Assembly (NCBI RefSeq): GCF_004010195.1
Contig: NC_057718.1
Location: 9,588,985-9,652,984, forward strand
DNA: 64,000 nucleotides
Reading direction: 5' to 3'
Source of the DNA: Chiloscyllium plagiosum
Lineage: Eukaryota
This document shows, piece by piece, positions 13,559 to 26,942 of this stretch. Each line of letters begins with the position of its first letter. Within the stretch, counting starts at the first letter, position 1. The position numbers and the translations under genes are program-made. The notes under the pieces were generated by a model. That model searched no databases. It saw only the letters and a list, made by a program, of their open reading frames with translations, and was not told the DNA's origin.

Positions 13559-14936
13559 ACCATAAGACATAGGAGTGGAAGTAAGGCCATTCAGCCCATC
13601 AAGTCCACTCCGCCATTCAATCATGGCTGATAGGCATTTCAACGCCACTTATCCACACTCTCCCCATAGCCCTTAATTCCTTGCGAGATCAAGAATTTAT
13701 CAATCTCTGCCTTGAAGACTTTTAACGTCCTGGCCTCCACTGCACTCCATGGCAGTGAATTCCACAGGCCCACCACTCCCTGGCTGAAGAGATGTCTCAT
13801 CATTTCCATTCTAAATTGACCTCCTCTAAATCTAAGGCTGTGCTCCTGGGTCCTCGTATCTCCACCTGACAGAAACAAATTCCCAGCATCCACCCTTTCT
13901 AAGCCATGCATTATCTTATAAGTTTCTATTAGATCTCCCCTCAACTTTCTAAACTCTAATGAATATAATCCCAGGATCCTCAGCTGTTCATCGTATGTTA
14001 GGCCTACCATTCCAGGGATCATCCATGTGAATCACCGCTGGACACACTCCAGTGCCAATCTGTCCTTCCTGAGGTTTGGGGCCCAAAACTGGACACAGTA
14101 TTCTAAATGGGGCCTAACTAGAGCTTTATAAAGTCTCAAGTAGGATATCGCTTCATTTATATTCCAACCTTCTTGAGATAAATGACAGCATTACATTTGC
14201 TTTCTTAATCACTCAACCTGCAAGTAAACCTTTAGAGAGTCCTGGACTAGCACTCTCAGATCCCTTTGTAATTTGGCTTTATGAATTTTCTCACTGTTTA
14301 GAAAATATTCCATGCCTGTATTCTTTTTTTCAAAGTGCAAGATCTCGCATTTGCTTACATTGAATTTCATAAGCCATTTCCTGGACCACTCTCCTAAACC
14401 GTCTAAATCTACCTGCCTGTCCACCTAACTTCATATCATCGGCAAACTTCGCCAGAATACCCCCAGTCCCTTTATCCAGATCATTAATATATAAAGTGGA
14501 CAGCTGCGGCCCCAACACTGAACCCTGTGGGACACCAGTTGCCACCGGCTGCCATTCTGATAAAGAGCCTTTTATCTCAACTCTCTGCCTTCTGTCAAAA
14601 AGCCAATCCTCAATCCATGCCAGTAGCTCACCTTGAACAGCATGGGCCCTCACCTTACTCAGTAGCCTCCCGTAAGGCACCTTATCAAAGACTATTTGCA
14701 AGTCTAGGTGGATAACATCCACTGGGTTTCCCTGGTCTAACTTACTTGTTACCTCTTCAAAGAATTCTAACAGGTTTGTCAGGCACAACCTCCCCTTACT
14801 AAATCCATGCTGATTTGTTCTAATCCTACCCTGCACTTCCAAGAATTTAGAAATCTCATCCTTAACGATGGGTTTTAGAATTTTACCTACAACCGAGGTT
14901 AGGCTAATCGGCCTGTAATTTTCCATCTTTTGTCTT
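13559..14936 (-). mobile_element. 5'-truncated CR1 LINE with RT remnant, inserted in an LTR-like fragment
   Basis: NYRPISLTSVVGK, GVPQGSVLGP and KFADD motifs; flanked by TAAAG at 13554-13558 and 14937-14941 (possible TSD). Confidence 0.9.
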
Positions 14937-15129
14937 TAAAGGGTGAATCTGTGACAGGATACTGACCTTTGTGCAATTATTTCAGCAATCAAGAGCCATA
15001 TTGTTTTTCTCTCTCTTTTCTCTCTTCACTCTATACCCTCACATCATCCCCCCATCCACTCCCCAATACCCTACAACAAACATTTTGATTTGATTTGTAG
15101 CTAGTGTGGCCACCATACAATGCGTAGTG

Positions 15130-15915
15130 TCACAGAGTGATAGAGATGTGCAGCATGGAAACAGACCCTTCAGTCCAACTCATCCATGCCGACCAGATTT
15201 CCCAACCCAATCTAGTCCCATATGCCAGCGCACAGCCCATATCCCTCCAAACCCTTCCTATTCTTATATCTTCCTATCCAGATGCCTTTTAAATGCTGTA
15301 ATTGTACAGCCTCCACCATTTCCTCTGGCAGCTCATTCCATACACGTAACACTCTCTGCGTGAAAAAGTTGCCCCTTAGTTCTCTTTTATATATCTTTCC
15401 CCTCTTACCCTAAATCTATGCTCTCTAGTTCTGGACTCCCCAAACCCAGGGAAAAGACCCTGTCTATTTGTCCTATCCATGCCTCTCATGATTTTATAAA
15501 CCTCAGTCTCCGACCCTCCAGGGAAAACAGCCCCAGCCTATTCAACCTCTCTGTATAGTTCAAATCCTCCAACCCTGGCAACATCCTTGTAAATCTTTTC
15601 TGAACCCTTTCAAATTTTGCAACATCCTCCCTAAAGGAAAGAGACCAGAATTGCACGAAATATTCCAAAAGTGGCCTAACCAATGTCCTGTACAGCCGCA
15701 ACATGACCTCCCAACGCCTGTACTCAATACCCTGACCAATAAGGGAAAGCATACCAACACCTTCTTCACTATCCTATCTACCTGCAACTCCACTTTCAAG
15801 GAGCTATGAACCTGCACTCCAAGGTCTCTTTGCTTCCTAGGACCTTACCATTAAGTGTATAAGTCCTGCTAAGATTTGCTTTCCCTAAATGCAGCACCTC
15901 ACATTTATCTAAATT
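15130..15915 (-). mobile_element. CR1 LINE 3' end
   Basis: Translation LYRTLVRPLLEYFVQFWS...ERVQKRFTRML. Confidence 0.9.
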
Positions 15916-17159
15916 ATAAAATCTATACTACAGAATCACAGAATTGTTAGTGTGCAGGGGGCCATTCAGTCCACTGTCCCTATACTGGCTCCATTACCTC
16001 GAATAAAATCATTTATTTATTGTCATGTGTATTCAATATAAAATACAGTGAAAATGTGCACCGTCATCATACATAGATACCATTCACATTAACTTAGAAT
16101 AAAAAAAACATGAAGAGAGAGTCCAACCTTTCCTTCTCTGTTGCTACAGTTCCACTCTGGGCTTCCTAGCCCACGTCAAGCCACCACCAATCTCCAGCCT
16201 TTTGCCCAATATTGCTACACATTATCCTCTATCCAAATAACCAGCCATTCATCAGTAGTCCCTTACAGATCAAGAATGACCCTCATCCACTCTCAAGGTG
16301 AGTCCATAGGTGGCTGTACTGACCAAATAACCATCCAATGCCCTTTTGAATGCCTCAATTGAACCTGCCCCATTACTTTTTCAGCTGAAGCATTCCACCT
16401 GAATTACTCTTTATGGTTTTAAGTCCCACATTTTCCTGAAATCCCGATTGAATTTTTTTGTGACTCTTTCCCATTATAGCCCCTAGCATTTGTCATTGTC
16501 CTCTATGTGTACCCTATCAACCCTGTATCTAAATGATAAAGATCCCTTTCTTCAGCTTTCGCTTTTCTGGAGAAGACAGCACAGCCAGGCTAGTCTTCAC
16601 TGACAGTTAAAATTGCTCAGTATAAGGTGCAACTGTTGCTGTATGACTGGGTGTTTTAACACTGCTCTATTGTGGTGTCACCACTTCACATTCCACGCTT
16701 ACTAGGCAGCCCCCAGAGCACCACGCAAAACGTCATTAGCTATACTATGAAGAATAGAATTGTTTCGGAACAAAATTTCTCCACCATGAAATGTGGCATT
16801 ATGTGCCCTGGCTGTTTTATCTCCACAGTTGCTCGGGTAACAAGTGCTAATGTCGCATTTGAAATTGCTAAGTATTCCTCATGCGGCTATTTATACTAGA
16901 AGTGCTGTCGTTAAATGAGTTTCGTAAATGTTTCCAGCTATAGGATATTACTACTGAGAATTAGATTTAAACTTATATAACACCCAAGATAACTCAGAAC
17001 AGTCAAACCACTTTTACAAAGTGCTGGAGTGTAGGAGACATGCTGGCCAATTTTGTGCACAACAGCTCTCAGAAACAGCAACACAATAATGACTGTAGAA
17101 TCTGTTTTGATGATTTTGGCTGAGGGATAAATTTTGGTTGTGTCCTTTAAATGGCAAAT

Positions 17160-17545
17160 AGGATCTGAGAGGCAGGACTGTGGGACATGGAGACAGAGGT
17201 GGGAGGTGGTGTAGGGTGAGGGATATGAGTGATGAGAAGGGGGTGTGGGACAAAGTAGAAGGGATGGTAAAAAGGTGTTGGAAATGCGGATGGCAACGGA
17301 TGTAGGAGATGGGACAGGAGATGGGAGTGGGTGTGCGAGATGGGACAGGGGATGGGAGAAGGTTGTGGGAGATGGGACAGGGGATGGGAGAGAGTGTGGG
17401 AGATGGAACAGGGGATGGGAGAGGTATTGGTGAAGGATATGAGTGATGGGAGGAGAGTGAAATGATATATAGAGAACGGGAGAAGGGTGTGGGAGATGCG
17501 GATAGAAGGAGGGTGTGGGATGAGAGACACAGGGAATGGGAGTGC
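17160..17545. repeat. Purine-rich degenerate GGGAGATGGGACAGG-type low-complexity tract
   Basis: Directly visible. A complementary pyrimidine-rich tract lies at about 19340-20230 around the gap. Confidence 0.8.
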
Positions 17546-18746
17546 AGCATTCTATTGACAGTTTTTGAATATGAGAACATGAAAAGGACCAGAATAGACA
17601 AAATTGTCATTTGACCATGTATGATTTTTGTCAAAATTCCACTTTCCCATACCTTGGTTCCCTGAGCGCTGAACATCTACCTATCCCAGCTTTGAATATA
17701 TTAAATTGTGGATCTTCCGAGTGTCTGAGTGAGGGAGCTTTTCCTTGTTTCTGTCTAAATAAGCAGCCCCTTATCCTGAGGCTATGCCATGATCTAAATA
17801 CCTCAGCCTGGGTAATGACTCATCATTGTCAATCTTGCCAAGACCTTTCAGAATCACAATTGGAATGTCAACACGATTAATGTGCTGAAGTCACTGGAAT
17901 GGAACCTCAACCGATACCTTTTTACCCTCAGAGGCAAAAGTATTATCCCAATTGAGACATTGCTGACACTGGTTGTGTGAGAGATGGAGAGGGGGGTTAC
18001 GTAAAGGGAGGAGAGGGGAATAATGTCAACTCCCGAGAATGGACAGATTTGGATCAGGTAACATTTTCATATTTGAGAAGTGTTCAACCCAGTTTTAACC
18101 AGGTCACTTCCAGTTTCAACAACATTGGGATATGCAGCAGCTGACCAATCCCCCATGTGGGTCAATTCAGTGAAACCTTTTAACAAAGCGAATCCCTCCA
18201 TTTTTACAGAGTATCATTCCTCCACATCAGCCAGTGATTCCTGGCCTCAGGAAATTTGAAATAAAGTGAGATAGATCAAATCCTTGAGTCTAAGTGTATT
18301 TACAGCACTGTTTGTGTGGCATGTATATACCTCCAACCCACACTCTCTCAAAGATCTTCCAAGCAATTGACTTGCACTGATCTCTCCCCTTCAACCATAA
18401 TCTAACACCATCTTCAACCATGATCTTCTACATCGATCACGAGTTCTGACCCATCTAGTCCCTGACAGCAATCTCTCTTCCTTGGTCCTTGGCTGAAGTC
18501 CTGTGCCATGTGTTTTCTCTTGTGATAGGCCATGTGTAAATCAGGATGCTGTCCAACAAGAGAACATCAGGAAGAAAATTAAAAGACCTCTTGTAGGTAA
18601 CAGATCCTCCTATGTTTATTGTCCAGGGTTCCCTGCATTTTCCAGCTCCACCCTACTTCTTCCATATAACTATCAAGATCAGAACTTCCTGGGGTTGATG
18701 TTCCCATGTATCTGCTGTCCTTGTTCTTCTCAATGGATAGCTAGTC

Positions 18747-19020
18747 ATGAAGGTTAGGTTGCACGGGATCCAGGGTGAACTAGCTAATTGGATTCAAAAT
18801 TGGCTCAATGTTAGGAAGCAAAGGGGGATAGTTGAAGTTTGTTTCTTGAACTGGAGGCCTGTGACTAGTGGGGGTGTGCCAGAGGGGTCAGTGCTGGGAC
18901 CTTTGTTATCTGTTATTTACATATATGATATGCATGTGAACGTACAAGGCATGACTAGTACGTTTGTGGATGATACAAAATTAGAAGGTACCGTTGATAG
19001 TGAGGATGGTTATCAAAAAA
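18747..19020 (+). mobile_element. CR1 RT fragment
   Basis: Translation WIQNWL...GVPEGSVLGPLL...FVDDTK. Confidence 0.85.
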
Positions 19021-19476
19021 GAATTTATCGCCTTGATCTCTAGTTTATTTACTGAACTTGCGCCAAAGTGACTGAAATCAAGTTTAGGCACTTCACTGAA
19101 TGTGCACACCTTTTACTGAGGTATCCCCATTTACTGGAGCTCAGAAACAGAGCTCTTACTGAAAGTCCAGCCACTGCTGAGAGGCATCTGTCAGGCAGGT
19201 TAGCTTCACTAAGAGTACCGCAGGTCAATTCCAGAATAGGGAGAAGGCTGAAAGGAGCAGACACCAACATCCTGCACTCAAACAAAAACAAAAACACAAG
19301 TTTAAGTATACTCTGTTCTTCTAAATTTGGCAACGGAACTTGTCCCTCCTTCCATCCTCCATGTCCCACATTCCACACATTTTTCCCATCCCCTGCCCCC
19401 ATCTCCCACACATTCTTTCCACCTTCCTCTCCCCAACCCCCTCCCATCCCCATTTCCCACACCTTCCTCCCGCCCG

Positions 19477-19997
19477 NNNNNNNNNNNNNNNNNNNNNNNN
19501 NNNNNNNNNNNNNNNNNNNNNNNNNNNNNNNNNNNNNNNNNNNNNNNNNNNNNNNNNNNNNNNNNNNNNNNNNNNNNNNNNNNNNNNNNNNNNNNNNNNN
19601 NNNNNNNNNNNNNNNNNNNNNNNNNNNNNNNNNNNNNNNNNNNNNNNNNNNNNNNNNNNNNNNNNNNNNNNNNNNNNNNNNNNNNNNNNNNNNNNNNNNN
19701 NNNNNNNNNNNNNNNNNNNNNNNNNNNNNNNNNNNNNNNNNNNNNNNNNNNNNNNNNNNNNNNNNNNNNNNNNNNNNNNNNNNNNNNNNNNNNNNNNNNN
19801 NNNNNNNNNNNNNNNNNNNNNNNNNNNNNNNNNNNNNNNNNNNNNNNNNNNNNNNNNNNNNNNNNNNNNNNNNNNNNNNNNNNNNNNNNNNNNNNNNNNN
19901 NNNNNNNNNNNNNNNNNNNNNNNNNNNNNNNNNNNNNNNNNNNNNNNNNNNNNNNNNNNNNNNNNNNNNNNNNNNNNNNNNNNNNNNNNNNNNNNNN
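19477..19997. other. Assembly gap (N run)
   Basis: 521 Ns flanked by C-rich low-complexity sequence. Confidence 0.99.
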
Positions 19998-20625
19998 ATC
20001 CCCAAATCCCACATATTCTTCCTGCCCCCATCTCCCTCACATGCCTCACCCAGTCTCTTGTCCCACCTTCATTCCTCCTCTCACACCCTCCTCCCATCCC
20101 TGACTCCATCTCACACACCCTCCTCCCTTGCCCATTCCTTCTCCTATACCTACGTCCCATCCCTCATGCCCATCGTTTTATACCCTAGTCCCATCCTCTA
20201 TCCCCATCTCTCACACCCTTTTCCCATCCTCTGTCGTTCCTCCAACATCTTTCACCCAATACTCATCCAATGCCTTTCAAAGTTTCCAGAAGGAAGACTT
20301 CACTCTTTGTTGGTGGAATGTCAGGGCTTCAGAAAAAAAGGAGGGCAGAAGACATTCCTTGAGTCAGACAGTTGTGGAATTGGCCTGAAACGTTTTGCCT
20401 CAGTCACTATGTTAACATTAAAGGCTTGATTGGATAGGTGTATGAAGGAGAATGGATAGAGAAGGGTAAGTGATCAGGGACAGTAAATATAATTAGGAAT
20501 ATCTACTCACCTGTAGGATTAATGCCAACATTGATTGGATGGGACAAAAGGTGTTTCCTGTGTTGTATGTCTTATACATGTCTATGAAGTGAGATAATGT
20601 TTCACTGCAGGGTTGCAAAAGAGAT

Positions 20626-20686
20626 TTTATTTCTTAAAGGACCATTTAAAAAATGCATCCAACCGGCAGACAAATATCATTTTATT
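20626..20686 (-). terminator. Two candidate polyadenylation signals of ABRACL
   Basis: AATAAA on the minus strand at 20681-20686 and 20626-20631, about 170 and 220 nt after the stop codon. Confidence 0.6.
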
Positions 20687-20852
20687 GCTGTGGATTCCAA
20701 AGCCACTCAACTGAAATGCACAAATTAGAAATCCAAGATTTCAACAGTATTATAAATTAAATGTCAAAAAATGTTTAGTCCTGGTTACAAACCCATCCCA
20801 GAGATTTCGGATGTTGCTAGTGCTGCAGGCGCAATCTGGAGTCAGCCCATCT

Positions 20853-21037
20853 TCAATCCGTTTCTAAGATAATGTCAACATCGTCATGAACTCCTTGAAG
20901 CAGCAGTTCTCCAGCGAAGTTGACCTTCTTCTTCTTTTTTGCGGCTCTTAGGGTGCCAACCAGGGCCTCAAAAAGATTGGTGCATTTATCATCAGAGAAC
21001 AGCATTCCAAATTTCACCCTAATTTTTCCATCTGCAC
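20853..21037 (-). CDS. ABRACL: Costars-family protein ABRACL(-like), last coding exon (ADGKIRVKFGMLFSDDKCTNLFEALVGTLRAAKKKKKVNFAGELLLQGVHDDVDIILETD*)
   Basis: Acceptor cag| at 21040-21038; phase 1 matches the upstream exon. 61+185=246 nt gives 81 aa plus TGA (20855-20853). Contains the Costars hallmarks VKFG.LF, NLFEALVGTL.AAK and GELLLQGVHDDV. Confidence 0.96.
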
Positions 21038-22401
21038 CTGGACATAGTACAAGAATAACAGAATATCAGGAGGTCCACATTTCATGGTCCCATCTATACA
21101 CCTGTATCGCAGTTCTTTCACAGTTTGATGTTAGCAAGACAGAACTCATCCTATGCAGCCCCACCAAGAACTTCACATCTCAGAACCAGAAAGAGGCCAT
21201 TCAGCCCCTTCTGTTCTGTCATTAAAGTAGATCACAGCTAATCCGTACTTCACTCCATCTACATGCCTTGGTTCCTTGCATTTAATACTCTTGCCTAACA
21301 AAAATCTGTTCAGTTTCAACATTTTCAATTGACCATCCAGCCTCAACACTTTTTTTGTGGAAGACTGTACTATCCTTTATCAGACAACATGAAGGGGTGA
21401 TCAGCCAGGAATATATTCTAAAGCTGCACCCTTTTATTCTCTCTAATGATCTCATCAAATCCCTTCATTATCTTCAACACCTCAACTGAATCATCTGGTC
21501 ATCTACTGTAATTGAGAGAAAGCAGCAAGAGCATTAAGAGTTAATTATATACAGAGGTCTGGGGTTATTCGTGGCTAGATTTCTGAACCTGAAAGATCAC
21601 ACTGAATCACTTGGGTTTTTAACACCGTCTGACCAATCTCATGTGTGTTTTTGGTGCCAATGCACAGATTAGCAAATCCACTGAATTCAGAATGTGAAGT
21701 TTCAATTTCTAACTGACTAGGCAGATACCATGAACAAACATTAGACTGCCATAATCAGTGAAAGTTATTAGAAAGAGTAATTAAATAAAATTTCAGCTTT
21801 GATCCTATTACTAAGCTTTTTCAACACTCTCTCCAGTCACCTGTGAAGTGTATTTTTCAGTTTTACTTAACTAATGGTTGAGTAGAAAGGGAGAAATCAA
21901 GGCTAATATTTGTAGGCTGTATGGAGGAAAGAGCAATGGCTGTATTCTAACCGTGGGGTATACCTTGTAAGTTGAATTACTATCAGGACTGCAAAAGGTC
22001 CTTGAGACCTCCACAATAGTTGATTTAATTAAGGGTCTTGATGATGTTCCATTTCTTAATTCCAATATGGCTTCCATGATTCTACCATATTGCTGGCATA
22101 AGTCTTCTGTGTCTCACTGTTATACTTGGAGCAGTGAAGGCTATTTGGCCCATTCAAACAATTCACTTTAATCTAATTTCCTTTGGCAGAATCCTACTAA
22201 GCCTCCTTCACTGTACCACATCCCACCAAAGATGATCTTGCCTGCTATCTATTTATATTAGGTGCCTATAATGGCCAATGCTTTCTGTTCTTATCCTAGG
22301 CAGAACCATGTGGTTAGGTCAAAGACAAATAATTAAAAAGAAAGATCAAAATGATGTTTTATGGCTTTGTTAGGAGTTAGAAGCCTCCATAATTCACTAA
22401 C

Positions 22402-22462
22402 CTGAAGATCCAAGACGACGAATCTCTTCGATTAGAAGATCGATCTCATGTTCAGTATTCAT
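22402..22462 (-). CDS. ABRACL: Costars-family protein ABRACL(-like), first coding exon (MNTEHEIDLLIEEIRRLGSS+G)
   Basis: Minus strand: acceptor ctttcag|, 6-nt UTR (exon starts 22468), ATG at 22462, 61 coding nt, donor |gttagt at 22401. The translation resembles the ABRACL N-terminus as I recall it (MNVDHEVNLLVEEIHRLGSK). Confidence 0.95.
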
Positions 22463-22976
22463 TCTCACCTGAAAGGAGTTAATCATCCTTGTTAATGTGT
22501 TAAAGAGTATTCTTAATAGTTTTACACCAATTAATTTGAATCATCCTATGGATTTGTACAGGTCTTAGAACAAAGTTAAGAAGACACTGATAGAAGAGTT
22601 GAACATTCTGAGGTGTTCTCACAGAAACTGTTTCTTCTGGCAAGCGGATCAGAGCACATAGTTTAACATTCTTGACAAGATGAGTTTTTTTAAGTGCAGT
22701 GATTTGTTAAGAATTGGGTCTTCAGTTGAAAAGGAAGAATTTGAAGGGGACTGAGGAAAATTGCAGGGAGTTATATTGCTCATTCAAAGAGTCAGCATAA
22801 GCAAACCACTTATTTCTGTGCTGTGTGATTCTGGAAGGATTGTACCAATGGAAGCAATTGCCCATGTAAGTTGCTGAGGATAAGACTAACAATAGCATAA
22901 CATTTGCAAGCTTATGTAGAGTGGGAGAAAGCTCTGTTTCTGCCAGCATTCAAAATCAGCAGTAACCAATCACACT

Positions 22977-23285
22977 AGATTAGATTACTTACAGTGTGGA
23001 TACAGGCCCTTCGGCTCAACAAGTCCACACCGACCCGCCGAAGCGCAACCCACCCAGTCCCATTCCCCAACATTTACCCCTTCACCTAACACTACGGACA
23101 ACTTAGCATGGCCAATTCACCTAACCTGCACATTTTTGGACTGTGGAAGGAAACTGGAGCACCCGGAGGAAACCCACGTAGACACGGGGAGAATGTGCAA
23201 ACTCCACACAGACAGTCGCCTGAGGCGGGAATTGAACCCGGGTCTCTGGCGCTGTGAGGCAGCAGTGCTAACCACTGAGATACCG
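22977..23285 (-). mobile_element. HE1/V-SINE-type SINE in ABRACL intron 1
   Basis: Reverse complement of the 694-1022 family, with tRNA-like head and (TAATC)n tail. Confidence 0.88.
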
Positions 23286-24879
23286 AACACACAAATAAGA
23301 TTAAAATGAAAACAAAATGTTATGGATCCAATGTTAGCTTAATTCAGTGGGTAGCAGATTCACTTCTGTACCAGATGGCTGTTGGTTCATGCCCCAATGG
23401 AGATAGGCACTTACTTTAGGTTGACACTCCGAAGGGAGTGTTAAACTTTCAAAAATGCTGCCTTTCACATGAGACATTGAACAAGGCCTCATGAGAAGAA
23501 AAGATAGGAAACAGAATTAGGCCATTCAGCCCCTTCAATCTGACCCACCATTCGATATGAACTGCTAATATGGTTCTCAACCTTATTTTCCTGCTGTTTC
23601 CCCTTAATCTTTGTTCTTCTTACTAATCAAGAACTTATCTCTTTCTCTGTATTTAAGAAAGGACCATAGAATTCACACAGTAGGGTTCTATGATTCTCTC
23701 TTAAATGTAGTCAATGACTGCAAGTTCAGGAGAACTCGAAACGTTTTACAGAATGTTCTTGTTCAGCAATGGCCTTGCGTAACTCAAGCTATTGGTGTGG
23801 AAATTGACTAAGATATTCAATAAAGTGGATGACTTATAATAACAGAGCAAAATTGTGACCTTTAGTCCTTGAAACAGATAGTGAATTTCAATATTAAATA
23901 AGAGGAATAATACTGTTCTTCAGTCCAACAGGCATTAAATCTTCAGCAAGGTTAGTTGACATTTATCACATAATGAAAAGTCAGCGAAACAGACATTTGG
24001 GACAGATTGCCTGTTTCTGAGATGTAAATTCTAAGCAATTCTATGCAATAAAGGGTTCCTTATCTGTTTGATAAAAATGCTGCAGAATACAAAGTCTCTG
24101 AGGTTATTTTTATTTTAACATATTATCTGGCATGATAAGAAAACATAGCTCCTGCTCAAGATTGCAGAAAGGCTTCCAATCTTGAACTGAGTTCTGGAGA
24201 AGGGTCACTGGACTCAAAACGTTAACTCTGTTTTCTCTCCACAAGTGTTGCCAGAACCTGCTGAGTCTCTCCAGCAATATCTGTTGTTTGTTTGTTTCAA
24301 AATCTCCAGTATCCACAGTTCTGGGTTTTATTCTGATCTTGAAGTCTGATTTATAATTGAGTATGCTAGCATAGTAATAGGATCTACAGTAATCGGACAT
24401 CTTCCTGGGTGGTGGTGTACAAGAAAAAGTGACACTATGAATAGGCTCAATTTATCTTGTCTCTGATGCTTAATCAATTGTCTCCTACGCAGTATGTACT
24501 AGTGAATGTCAGACAAGGATAAGGCTCGTCTTCACAATCATGCCTATCATCCGGACAGTCAACACTGACTTTCTCAGTCCCAAGTCTAAGTACTAAGTAT
24601 TGTGGGGTTTAATATCCAGTTATTGTGGTGGGGGAAGGGACAATTCGATCATTGATACTTATCCAATGATCCCACAACCACTATGTTGTACAGCACTCCC
24701 AAATTTCACTCCACAGTGATCAGTCATTCCAATGAGATACCGCCTAGCTATCTACAATGTGGCAAGTCAGTAATGGACAACTGGAGATGCAAAATTTCAT
24801 TTTATTCTTGACAAACATTGATAACGATTTTAGTAGGGGAGGCCAGTGATGGGTAATGAAGATTCTTAGTTGGCCTAGC

Positions 24880-26760
24880 CCTTTATTGGTCAGTGCATTG
24901 AGTATAGGAGTTCAGACATCATGTTGAGGCAGTATAGAACTTTTCAAATATTGCTTTCATTTCTGATTTCCTATTTTAAAAAAGATGTTGTTAAACTTGA
25001 AAGGGTTCAAAAAAGATTTACAAGGATGTTGCCAGGGTTGGAGGGTTTGAGCTGCAGTGAGAGGCTGAACAGACTGGGGCTTCCTTCCCTGGAGTGTCAC
25101 AGGCTGAGGGGGTGACCTTACAGAGGTTTATAAAATCATGAGGGGCATGGATATGGTGAATAGCCAAGGTCCTTTCCAGGTAGGAGGGTCCAAATCTAGA
25201 CAGCATAGGTTTAAGGTGAGAGGGGAAAGATTTGAAAAGGACCTGAGGGGCAACTCTTTCACGCAGAGGATGGTGCATCTATGGAACTAGTTGCTACAGG
25301 AGGTGGAGGCGGGTAAAATTACATTTAAAAGGCATCTGGATGAGTATAGAAATAGGAAGGGTTTAGAGGAATATGGCCAAATAGGACTAGATCAGTTTAG
25401 GATATCTGGTTGGCGCAGACATACAACATAGAACATTACAGTGCAGTATAGGCCCTTCGGCCTTCGACGCTGCGCTGACCTGTGAAATCAATCTGAAGCC
25501 CATCTAACCTACACTATTCCATTATCATCCATATGTTTCTCCAATGACCACTTAAATGCCCTTAATATTGTCTGTGCAAAGAAACTACCTCTGACATCTG
25601 TCCTATATCTATCACCTCTCAATTTAAAGCTATGTCCCCTTGTGCTAGCCATCACCATCCGGGGAGAAAGGCTCTCACTGTCCAACCTCTCTAACCTTCT
25701 GATTATCTTACATATCTCAATCAAGTCACCTCTCATCCTTCTTCTCTCTAACAAAAACAGCCCCATGTCCCTCAGCCTTTCCTCGAAAGACCTTCCCTCC
25801 ATACCAGGCAACATCCTGGTAAATCTCCTCTGAATCCTCTCCAAAGCTTCCACATCCTTCCTATAATGCAGTGACCAGTACTGTACGCAATACTCCAAGT
25901 GCGGCCACACCAGAGTTTCGTACAGCTGCAACATGACCTCATGGTTCCAAAACTCAATCCCTCTACCAATAAAAGCTAACACACTGTATGCTTTCTGAAT
26001 AACCCCATTAACATGGGTGGCAACTTTTTAGGATCTATGTACCTGGACACCAAGATCTGTCTGCTCATCTCCACTGCCAAGTATCTTACCATTAGCCCAG
26101 TACTCTACATTCCTGTTACTCCTTCCAAAGTGAATCACCTCATACTTTTCTGCATTAAACTCCATTTGCCACCTCTCAGCCCAGCTCTGCAGCTTATCTA
26201 TATCCCTCTGTAACCTACAACATCTTTTGTCACTATCCACAATTCTACCAACCTTAATGTCTTCCGCAAATTTATTAACCTACCCTCTATACCCTCATCT
26301 AGGACATTTATATAAATGACAAACAGCAGTGGCCCCAAAACAGAACACCACTTGTGACTGAACTCCAGGATGAACACTTCCCATCAACCCTCTGCCTTCT
26401 TTCAGCTAGCCAATTTCTGATCCAAACCGCTAAATCATCCTCAATCCCATGCCTTCATATTTTATGCAATAGCCTACTACGGGGAACCTTATCACATGCC
26501 TCACTGAAATCCATATACACCACATCAATGACTTTACTCTCATCCACCTGTTTGGTCACATTCTCAATGAATTCAAGAAGGTTTGTGAGGCACGACCTAC
26601 TCTTCACGAAACCATGTTGACTATCCATAATCAACTTATTCCTTTCTAGATGATTATAAATCCTCTATCTTATACCCCTTTCCAACACGTTTCCCACAAC
26701 TGAAGTAAGGCTCACAGGTCTATAATTACCAGGGTTGTCTATACTCCCCTTCTTGAACAA
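24880..26760. mobile_element. Tail-to-tail CR1 fragments (24880-25418 plus; 25420-26760 minus)
   Basis: ORF2 remnants on both strands, e.g. LERVQKRFTRML (plus) and LQSWAERWQMEFN (minus). Confidence 0.88.
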
Positions 26761-26942
26761 AACAAAAACTCTGCTTCTAAACACCACATGGATAAAGTGC
26801 TGACTTTCCATTCTAATACAGTGGGTCTGTCACATTACATTTATATTATAAACAAACAGTTAAACTGGGATTCACAAGCTATTACTGCTAATTATACCTA
26901 CTGCAATGTTTCCAGATTGCGCAACGACTTTGAACCCTTTTT

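Noticed and set aside
17014..17676. 220-aa Pro/Ser-rich ORF
   Set aside because: Arises from a degenerate low-complexity tract; no domain or splice support.
19049..20429. Several long ORFs of 236-453 aa
   Set aside because: Artefacts of translating through the N gap and low-complexity flanks.
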